In this document: positions 48,213-58,701 of the stretch, one piece after another
Position numbering within the stretch: position 1 is the stretch's first letter
How the letters are laid out: each line of letters starts with the position of its first letter
Assembly: GCA_004431415.1 (NCBI GenBank)
Contig: QPMI01000206.1
Location: 62,001-126,000, forward strand
Source: Cyanophora paradoxa CCMP329
Taxonomy: Eukaryota; Plantae; Glaucophyta
Reading direction: 5' to 3'
Length of the DNA stretch: 64,000 nucleotides
Translations under genes and position numbers: made by a program
The notes under the pieces: generated by a model
Database searches by the model: none
What the model was told of the DNA's origin: nothing
Seen by the model: only the letters and a program-made list of their open reading frames with translations

Positions 48213-49730
48213 GACTGCTTCCCTTTTCCTTCGAGCTTTGCTCGACGTGTACATGTCAATGAGGCGTTTTGTTCAGCGCCACCGCGCTTCTTTCTTCCTT
48301 TTTGGAGGACTCTCGCGGTCCTTGCAATTGGCCAGCATGTAGCTGGCTTCTCTGTATTCTATCACCGGCCACGACCGCGCGTGCTAGGCATGCTTCGCTT
48401 GTCCATCGAGCTTTAATTTCCTCTACTTTCATAATCTTTAAAAATTTCAAGATGCGTCGCCAGGCACCGGCGCGCTTCTTCTTTTTTCAAGATGTAGCTT
48501 TCGCGCCTGCGTATTCTGTCGCTCGTGAGTTTGGGTAGCTTTTTCCATTCTGTGGCAATTACTATATATAACTATCAAGTTATTCGATAATCATTTTCGA
48601 AAGTAGGATGTAGCGGACTCCAGGGTCCGGCCGCGCGCGCCGGGCGATCGCCGAGTCCCTTTCCGAGTAGTCGGGTTCTAGCCCGCGCAATTCACTCAGT
48701 GACTTGGTCGAACGGTTCAGTTCCCACCTGATCTGCTAGGCTAGCCGATCTGCCTGATCAATTAGCCTAGCTTGTAAATTAACGGGGTAGTGCTGTCATT
48801 TAAAAACCTGCCAGCTGGCTGAACAACGCCGCTCAACCGTTTTGCGCGATCATGAGCTAGCGCTCGAGCCGATATCGATAAACACTTTGAATTCCTGGAC
48901 TCTTCCGAAGTTCGGAAGGCTTCGCAGACTTTGGAGGGCTTCGCAGACTGTTACACAATGAATGTCAATGAATGGTTTTAACTATGAATGTGACTACTTG
49001 ACTACTTGACTACTGACTACCAGCTGCAGTGGGTATACGTATGATATCGATATTGGCCGGACCAGTACCTCTCATAAGTTTTGACATTGATCATGATCAT
49101 GATCACTGAGTCAGGTATATATATATTTTTACGTATAATATTACAATTCGATATGGACATGGCCATGGGCAGCCCCCGCAGTGCTGGTGTCTAGAGACGT
49201 CGACTGTGGCCGGTAATTCACCAAATATTAAAAAAAATGGACGTGTCCACACATATATATAAATCCCTCGTACGCCGTGTGACGTATACCTGAACTTGCG
49301 TGTTTGCGGTGTGCTACAATCTCTACGTCAGCGTTTAAAACCGCTTGCCGGGCCTGGAGTGCTCAAGTTATATATAATTATAATTACATATGCATAGCTG
49401 CCGAAAACGACAACTCGGCCCAATATTAATTGCAATCTGCATGCAAGCTTTATACGTCACCGACTAAATAATCACAACGATGTTGAGGAAAATTGAAGAT
49501 CTAGATGCATAGAAATAGTTACAATCCGAGAAAACGAACAATTAGCGCTAAACGTTACGGAAACACCTATAGCTACATGTACACTCAGCGCAGCTCACTG
49601 AAAAAAGATCGCAAAAATAGCCTGATGATGCTCTGATCATGATACTGCATGTGCGAATTGGGAAACTTGAAACTGGTGGAGACGGGAGGGCGACGGGCGG
49701 GGCACGGGCGCCGGCGGGGCGCCTATATAG

Positions 49731-52700
49731 CTAGCAGATCTTCTGGTGGAAGGTGCGGTGGATGACCTCGAGCTGCTGGGCCTTCGTGAGGCGCACGAAG
49801 TTCACCGCGTACCCCGACACCCGGATCGTCAGGTTCGGGTACTTCTCCGGGTGCTCCACCTGGCGATCGAAGTCAGGTCCGAGCAGGACGCAGTCAGTCG
49901 GCGAGGGGCGGACGGCGTCGGGGAGGATGTCGGGGTTGAGGACGTTCACGTTCAGGTGGTGCGCCTCCTGCCCGAAGTAGCCCCCCAGCAGGCCCACCTT
50001 GGGGGGGGGGGGGGGGTGAGGGGAGGGAAAGGGGGGGGGGGGGGGGGGGCTGCACCAGGTTAGAGGCGCGCTCCTCGTCGCTGTGGCCGAGGGCGCTCTT
50101 GATGACGGAGAAGGTGTTGGAGATGCCGTCCTGGCAGTCGCTGAAGCGCAGCTTGGCCACCGAGTTCAGCGAGGCGAGCGCCCCGCACACGTCCCGCCCG
50201 CTACAGTACGCGTTGGACGCCGAGGGGAGGGGCGGGGCGGCGGGGCAGCGGGGCGGGCGGGCGGGCGGACTGCATGGGGCTCGCGCCGGGGGCGAAGGCC
50301 TCGCCGGCGGGGCGCCCGTCGGGCGTCGCCCCCGTGTTCTTCCCGTACACTGCCCAGACCCGCGTCGGGGGCGGGGGCGGGGGCGGGAAATGCGGGCGGG
50401 GCGGGCGCACCGACGTTGGAGGTGATGGTGAGGATGGAGAGGGTGTGCGTCGCGTTGCGGTACGTCGGGTGCTTCCGCAGCTTCGTGATGAAGCTGTTCG
50501 TCAGCTGCGGGCCGGCCCCGGGGGGCGCGTCACATTCGACTCGGCGCGATGAGAGGCGCGGCATGGCGCGCCATCGTCGCGATGGAGTCGACGCGGTCGT
50601 CGTCGTTGCCGTACTTGGGGAAGTCGCCCTCGACGGCGAAGGCGGTGGCGAGGCCGCGCGCGTCGCGCACGGGCGTCACCCGCGCGTGCTTGATCGCCGA
50701 GAGCGAGTCGGCCACCACCGAGAGGCCCGCGATGCCGAACGCCATGTTGCGCCCCACCTGCAGGAGGAGGAGAGGAGTGCGTCAGCTTAGGAGGAGGAGC
50801 AGAGGAGGAGAGGGGCGGGGGCGCGCGTACGTCGGTGTCGTGGAGGGCCATCTCGAGGGACTCGTAGCAGTACTTGTCGTGCGCGTAGTGGATCGCTGCC
50901 GCCGGCGTCGGCGCGCGCGGAGGGGGGGCGGCGCGGGGGGAGGGTGGGGGGCGGGGCGCGGCGCACTGTTCATGGTGCGGACGTAGAGGCCGGCGAGCCA
51001 CTCCATCGCCTCGTCGAAGTTCTTCATCACCTGCCCGAGCGCATCAGTCTCAGGCGAGTCGTGGAACCAAGCGAGGGGCGGGGGCACCTCCTCGTAGTCG
51101 AGGGGCCCGTCGGCGAGGGGCCGGAACTTGGGGCCCACCTGGTGCGCCGAGACCTCGTCGCAGCCCTGCCCCGCCAGGCCCCGCCCGTCAGCGCTGGAGG
51201 AGGAAGGGCCAAGGGGCGGGGGCGGGGGGGGGGGGGGGGGGGGGCGGCGGGCGGGCGGGCCTGGTTGAGGGAGTACAGGAGGAGCTTGGCGAGGTTGCAG
51301 CGCGCCCCGAAGAACTGCATCTGCTTCCCCATCGCCTGCCCCGCCCCGCCCGCGTCAGCCGCCGCCGGCCCCAGCGCCCGCCCCGCCCCGCCCCGCGCAC
51401 CATGGGGCTGACGCAGCACGCGATGCCGTAGTCCGTCCCGTACAGCGGCCGCATCACGTCTGCCGCGCTGTCAGCGCCGGCGGCGGCGCCCAGGGCGGGG
51501 CGGGGCGGGGCGGGGCGGTCGGACCGTCGTTCTCGTACTGGATGGAGGAGGTGTCGATGGAGACGCGGGCGCAGAAGCGCTTGAAGTTCTCAGGGAGGCC
51601 CTCGGCCCAGAGGACGGTCAGGTTCGGCTCCGGGGCGGGCCCCAGGTTGTAGAGCGTCTGCAGGATGCGGAAGCTCGTGCGGGTGACGAGGTGCCCGCCC
51701 CTGCCGTCCGCCCCCGCCAGCACCATCGTCACCCACGTCGGGTCGCCCGCTGCGCCCGCCCCGCCCGCCTCAGAAGAGGGCGCGCCTCAGAAGAGGGCGC
51801 GCCTCAGAGAGGGGGGGCGCTCGCCGAAGAGATCGTTGTACTCCGGTGTGCGGAGGAAGCGGACCGACCTGGGCCGGACCGACGTCAGCCCGCGATCGCG
51901 AAATCGTGGGAGGGCGTTCTAGATCTCGGGGGCGGGCGCACCGGAGCTTGATGACGAGGTCGTCGATCATCTCCTGCGCCTGCTCCTCCGTGATGCGCCC
52001 CTCCGCGAGGTCCCGCTCTGTCGAGCCCGCCCGCGCCCCCGTCAGGCGCCTCGAGCCCGAGCTCGGGCGGATCAAATTGAAGTCGGGCCCCGCGCACCGA
52101 TGTAGACGTCGAAGAAGGCGTCGAGGCGGCCGAGGCTCATCGCGGCGCCGTCCTGCTGCTTGATGGCCCCCAGGTAGCCGAAGTAGGTCCACTGGACCGC
52201 CTCCCGCGCCGTCCCCGCGGGCCGCCCGATGTCGTACTCGGGGCCGTGGGAGAGGGCCATCTTCTTGAGGTCCTGCAGCGCCCGCACCTGCTCCGAGAGC
52301 TCCTCCCGCGCCCGCAGGTTCGCCTCCGTCGTGGCGGGGGTCTTCTTCTGGTCGCTCTTCTTCTCCTGGATGAGGCGGTCGACGCCGTACAGCGCGACCC
52401 GCCGGTAGTCGCCTGCGCGCGCGCGTGCGTCGACTCCGGCGCCGCGCGCGAGCCGAGCGGGAGCCGCGCGGGGCGCACCGATGATGCGGCCGCGGCCGTA
52501 CGCGTCCGGCAGGCCCGTGACTGGCGACGGCGGCGCGCGCAGCGCGTTAGGCGAGCTCCAGTACCGGTACCGGGCGGGCGCCGGGGAAGAGGGCTCGAGC
52601 TCGCGCACTGATGTGGTCGTGGCGAGCCTTCTTCATCTCCTCGTCGTAGATGTCGAAGACGCCTGCGCGCGAGCTTGAGCTCGAGGCTCACCTGGGGCCC

Positions 52701-53718
52701 GCTGCCCCGGGGCGAAGCCAGAGGCGCGGCGCCGGGCGGCGGACCCTGGTTGTGCGTCTTGCGGTACTCGTTAAAGACCTTCTCGACCGTCGGGTCCAGC
52801 TTGTACCTGCGCGGGCGGGCGCCGGCGAGAGTCACGTCAGGCGGGGCCCAGGGCGGCTCGCAGGCCGAGAGGTCCAGGGGCGGAGGAGAGGCCCGGGGGC
52901 GCACCCGTAGTGCTCGCACGCCTTCTTGACCATCCCCACGCCGCCGAAGGGCTTGATCTGCCCCCGCGCCGCGCCCCCGCCGGCGTCAGGACGTCGGCGG
53001 AGCGCACGCATGCACATGCGAGATCCGGAGCCTGCGCATGCGCACCGCGCGCTTCAGGGGCGCGTCAGTCTGCAGCCCGACGATCACCTCCTCGCCCTTC
53101 GAGAAGAACCTGCCGCCGCCGGCCGCGGATCAAATGTCAGGCTGGCCGGTTCAAGTGTCGACGTCGACGCCAGGCCCGCCGAGCCGCGGCGCACCCGGGG
53201 CCGTGGCTGGTGAGCGTGCTCGGCGTGTTGGGGTCGACGTCCAGCACCCCCTTCTCCAGCTCGATCTTGCACAGGCCCTGGAACATGTCGAGGAGCTTCT
53301 TCGTGCGCGCAGTCGGCCCGGCGAGGAAGTCTCCGGTTCCATCGTAGGGCTTCACGTTGGCGTTGATCCTGCGTGCGCGCATGCCGCGAGTGAGCGCGTT
53401 ACCTCGGGAAGGGCGCGCGGGCGGCAGCATCGCGGCCGGATCCGGACCATGCTTCCACGTTCACCCCGGTGCTGACGGCGGGCGAGGGCGGGACGCGGAA
53501 GCAGACGGACCCTGGCGTCTCAGCCGGAGCCTCGCGCATGCGTTTCTGCGGAAGCTGAGCCGTGAGCCGAGCCCGGAGACCGAAGGGTGCAGACGTCAGC
53601 GTCCGGGCCGGGGCCCGGGCCGCACCGCGTCTCCGGAGCCAGCGTCAGCCTCGGGGGCGTGGCGCTTCCTGTCCTCGCCTCCGCACGGGAAGCATCCGCT
53701 GCGAACGAGGGACTCCAT
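49731..53718 (-). CDS. PFL: Pyruvate formate-lyase (formate C-acetyltransferase, glycyl-radical enzyme), about 22 introns
   Basis: [54 protein letters not shown], active-site [30 protein letters not shown], and glycyl-radical loop [12 protein letters not shown]. All splice in frame. Confidence 0.97.
51767..51820. repeat. 17-bp tandem repeat (about 3 copies, third degenerate) inside a GC-AG PFL intron
   Basis: gcctcagaagagggcgc twice, followed by gcctcagagagggggggcgc. Confidence 0.8.
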
Positions 53719-54790
53719 TCGACCGGGGAACTAGTTGACCTCGCTGGGATCGGGCGGTCGCCCTTGCTAGCGCTCGGCTCGGCGAGGTTGGCTGCTGCTG
53801 GCTTCGCAGTGGCAGAAGGAATGTTCGTGTATAGGTAGAAGGCTAGCACTGGGACTGCGCGCACAGCAGCAATTGCAAAGGGCGTTGGGCGTCGACGTCA
53901 CTGAACCCGTCACGACCTGTACCCGTCGCGATCGAATCCGGATCCGGATTGAACGTTTTAATTATAACGCGCGCGCGCTCGCGCGCGCCGGCGCCGCCGT
54001 TGGCCCGCCGATGCCGGGGGCGCCGCGCTCAGCGGCTTCTGATTATAATATTAAGCTTAAGCTTCGAAATCGCTCGCGGGCCTTAACGGCCTGCGCCCTG
54101 CAAATCATTTCCGGGGCAGGCAGCAAGCATTTTTAATTTGGTATTTGTCATGCTCGATAGCACAAAAGGTTCGCGCGTACTACGCATACGACGGAGTTAA
54201 ACACAACCTATAAAAATTCGCATGGGCCTGAAAGTATCGAGTACGCATATATCGATAGTGAAGAATTGGGAGCTTGATCAAAGAGGCTAGTCAAATGGCT
54301 GAACTACGCGCATGCTAGTAGGCTAGGCGATCTACGACTCAGTTCTAGTTGCAGAGACCAAATAATAATAAGCTGAAGGAAATTAACCATTGATTTACTA
54401 CTGTTTTCATTGAGAGGGGGGTTCTGCCGGTGGGTAAGCCATCATCGGAGTTGTACAACAAGGCCGGGCGGGCGGGCCGAAGGCGCAAAATGGCCTCTGC
54501 TTGGACTGACTGACTGAAGGTAATGAAGGAGAAGAAACATACTAGACATACTAAAGTTGAACACGCGGGGCGCTGCCCTCCGCAACACGCCTCGCCGGGG
54601 CCTGTCTTCGCTATCTTTACACGGATCCTACTATCACTGACATGCGCTGCAGATGGGTCGCAACTTCGGGCTCACAAATAACCAAGAAAATCGAAAGTGC
54701 GCGGGGTCTCAAAACGAAAGAGAAGAATATCCACAGGCCTGAAAAAGAACGCGGTCCGGGGCGAGATCGGTCGGCCGGGGCGCGCCCGCC

Positions 54791-57700
54791 TCACTGGGCG
54801 AGCTGCGGGGCGGCCTCGGCGAGGGGCCCGAAGGGCGGGCTGCCGCCCGACAGGAACGGGTTCTTCCCGAGGGCGAGCGGGGGCGGCGAGGCGTGCTCCG
54901 GGGGCGACTCGCCGCGGGGGACGGCGGGGGTCGCCGGGGGCGTGCGCCGCCCGATGGCGCCGAGCTCGGCGCCGCGAAGGCGGCCGCCCCAGGAGGGGTC
55001 CTGGAAGCCGGCGGCCGGCCTGGGCACGGCGATCGGCTCCGAGGCGAGCGCCATGGCGGGAAGAGGGCCTCCAGGGACGCCAGCCCGAACGCCGAGGGCG
55101 CCGCCGCCGCCGCCGCCGCCGGGGCGTGGGCCGGGGCGTGGGCGTGGGCCGGGGCCGGGGCGGCGGGGCGGGGACGCTGGGGAGGCCGGCGAGGAAGCCG
55201 TCGAGGGAGACGGCGGCGTGGGGCGGGAGGGCGGAGAGGGCCGCCGCCGCGCCCTCGTCGGCCGGCCCGGGGCCCGGGAGCACGGCGACGAGGCGGACGC
55301 GGCGCTCGCCGAGGGCGGCGGCGGCGGCGGCGCCGACGCGGGCGAGGAAGGCGCGGTAGGCGAGCTTGGGGAGGAGGGGGAAGACGAGGAAGAAGGCGAC
55401 GGGGGCGCCGGCGGGGGCGGCCTCGAGGGCGTCGCAGAGGGCGCGCGCGGCCTCCGTGTGCGGGAGGGCCTCGCTGGCGGCCGCCCCCGAGACGCGGAAG
55501 AAGGCGCTGCTGAAGGTCACCTCCAGCGGCTCCCGCGCCGCCGCCCGCAGCGGCGGCAGCACCGCGTCGGCCATCGCGCTGCTCACCGCCGCGCAGACCG
55601 CCGAGTGGGGCCCCACCAGCGCCCGCACCAGCGCCGCCTCCGCCGCGACCTGCGGGGACGGGCCGGTCAGCGCGGATCGGGGCGGGGCGGAGGCGGGGCG
55701 CGGGGTCGGGGCGGGGCGGACCTGGCGCTGGCGAGCCTCAATGGCGGCGGCGAGCTCCTCGACGGCCGGCGCCGCCGTGCGCATGACCGGCGCGAGGCGC
55801 GCCCCCGCCGCGTCCGCCGCCGCCTCCAGCACCGGCAGCGCGCCGGCGCGCAGGGCCGAGGCGGCCTCGCGCGCCGAATGGCGGGCGGCGGAGAGGAGCG
55901 CGAGGGTCTGTGTCGTGGAGCGCTTGGCGAGGGTGTAGGCGACCTGAGCCAGGTCGGCGGCGGCGCGGAGGAGCGGCGCCGCGCCCCGCAGCGGCAGCGT
56001 CGGCGCCGAGGCCGCCGCCAGGAAGCCGGCGAGCTCGCGCATGGCGGCGCGGATGCCGCTGAGCGAGGCGGCGGGGGCCGTCGAGGGCGCGCCGGGCCGC
56101 AGCAGCTGCAGCAGCGGGTGCGCCCGCTCGATCACGGCGTCCACGGCGGCGGCGACCTGCGCCGGGCCGCCGAAGACGGGCGAGTGGGAGCGGGAGCTGC
56201 CGGGCGAGACGTCGGCCGACGAGGGCGGCGTGGCGGAGATGGGCGACGGGGCGTGGTAGGCGGCGAAGGCGACGGGCTGGAAGAGGGGCGACGACGGGCC
56301 GCTGCCGCTGTGCGCCGCCGCCTGCTGCGCCGCGTGCGCGGCGACCGCGTGCGCCGCGGCCGTAGCCGCCAGGTACGGCGCGATCGCCGCCTGCGCCGCC
56401 GCGTGCGCGAGCTGGTGGGCCGCCGGGTCCACCGCCGCGCCCGCCAGCGGCGACGCGAACGACGACGGCGCCGGCGAGAGGCTCGTGGGCGAGAGCGACG
56501 TCCTCGGCGAGTCCAGGCCCGACGAGAGCGGCGACCGGTGGCTCAGGCCGCCGCCGAACGCCCTCGGGCCCGCCGGGCTCGTGAAGGCAGACTCAGTAGC
56601 CTTCTGACGCTGGGCGAAGTTCGTGAGGGAACGCGGAAGCGGTGGCGGGGCCTGGCAAACCGGCGACCCGTTCGCTCCAGCCGAACCCTCCTCGTGCTCC
56701 GGGTGCACATACGTGCCTGCGCGAAGCGAGCGGTGACGTGAGCAAAGAGGAGAGGGCTAGGGGAATGGGCCAACGCACAGTTGATGCCAAACTGACAGAA
56801 CTCGCCGCGAAGGAGCTTCGGGCAGGGCCGGGTGCGGAAGAAGCGATTGTAGCTTGTTATGTAGAGCCTCTGGGACTCACCTGCGTGCCGCAGGTCAGTC
56901 TCGAGCACGCGGGCGGGCCGGATCAAATTCGATCGCAAACCAGGGTGGGCGTAACGGCAGTGCTCCGAGCCCTTCTCACAGTGACCATCAACCCAGGCGT
57001 ACTTGCACAGAATCTGGACGCGTTTGGAGACGAGGAGAGTGAGCGAACGAGGCACGTGCGTTCACACGGAACCAGCAGGCGCACCGTTTTACACGTGTCC
57101 GGGTGAGCGCATTTCCCCGTTCTCTGTTTAGAAAGTTTATTAGCATGCTGAACAAACGAACCGGAGCCCGGGAGGCGGGACCAGAGCGCACCTGCACATG
57201 AATGCACGGGCCCTGGGCTCCGTGAGCCAGCGGGACGCCCGGCATGACTGCCTGGGCCTCCTCGTGCTGGAGTATATCCTCAAAGCGCGCCGTGGCTACC
57301 GATTGTGATAGCCGCGGGTCACTGGACCCGAATACGTGCTTCAGATGACGACGCTCCGGTTGTTTCACAAGGGCTGCCGCTTTCGCTGGCTGCAGTGCTT
57401 CTAGACTGCTCTGAAGTTGGCAAGGACCTGCGAACCGGTTGGGCGACGTTGCTCAGTGTGAGCGGGAAGCAGAGGAGCGGGGTCCCCGGAGTAACGAGAA
57501 AGGTGTTCTAGATCTCTAGGAGGAGTTTGAAGTGTACGCGAGGGCTCTGAGCCGATCGCTCGGGAATGTTCTCCTTGCGTGTCAGACGAGAGACGGATCG
57601 GGCCCGGGAGCGGGCGCAGGGCTCTAAGGACGTGAAACAACTCACGTACGTGGCCTAAAAGAGAGGTTTTCAGCCCCGGCAGAGCCGCCGATAGCTCTGG

Positions 57701-57964
57701 AAGGGTGGCGGGAAGGAGCAACCACTTCACGCGCGCTCCGGCGTGCCGGCTCCGGGAACGCTCTAGAGCCTCGAGGCGCTGCGCAGAAGCGAACCTGAGC
57801 GATGCTGCTGCTGCTGGCCGGTGGTTTCTCCCGGCTCCCTCGGATGTGTAGTTCCTGTGAATTGGCAGCTGCGTAGCCTTATAAGAGATGTCGTCAAGCG
57901 GGGGAGAACTTTCAAGGGGGTACCGCGCAAAACGACGAATTGGGCCCATATGCATATGCATTGC
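54791..57964 (-). CDS. Tandem CCCH zinc-finger protein with an Ala-rich helical C-terminal region; both ends approximate
   Basis: KT|ILCKYAWVDGHCEKGSEHCRYAH (C-x8-C-x6-C-x3-H) and FRTRPCPKLLRGEFCQFGINC|TYVH (C-x8-C-x5-C-x3-H), followed by a long open Ala/Pro/Ser-rich frame (ORF 54672-56708). Confidence 0.75.
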
Positions 57965-58701
57965 GTTCTTAGCGCGGCGGTTCGGTTTCCCTTGCATGGG
58001 GCGATGCGCGCGCGCTACTGTAGCTAGCGCCTCTAGATCTAGCGGCTGCTGCAGCATGTGCAGCCTGCAGCTGCAGGCTGCGCGTGGCGACCGGCGCAGG
58101 GCGGATGATGTGGCCGCGCGCGCACTCCGCGGAGTCCGGAGCTCGAGACGTTATCCGAGGCGTCTCGATACTAGCTATAGGCTACGTCATGGTAACGCGT
58201 GCCGCGTGCGCAGCCTGAGGATCAATCGCAACGTAAACGTTAACCTTTCCGATCGCGAAGTACTAGTTCTGACGTGACGCGTACGACAGCTCATGCGATA
58301 TGCGCGACGTGCGTAAGCAACGTTCTTTGCGTGCTGCGCGCGTCGCGATTGCACTGCAATTGCGCGCTCGCGAGTCGCGATGCTGCACACGTGCACGTGC
58401 ACGCAGCTGCAGCCAGCACGTCCGCCTTCGAAAGTGGTACTACGGTATGCGCGCGATCGATTCTTGATTCTTGAAACACAGAAAACGCAGAGCAAAATAC
58501 TGGACTGAATAATCTAACACCACACCAAATACGTATACGGACTCCGAGCTGAGACATCGGCTCGCCGATCGCGAGCCTCGGAGATTTCGCAAAGATCTAG
58601 AGACACCGCGAGCCGAGCACCCGGGCCGTCCTAGCAGATCCGGGGCCGGGGCCGGGGCAGGCGGCCCGCGCGGGCGGGCCCGGGGGGCGGCGGCCGGCCG
58701 G

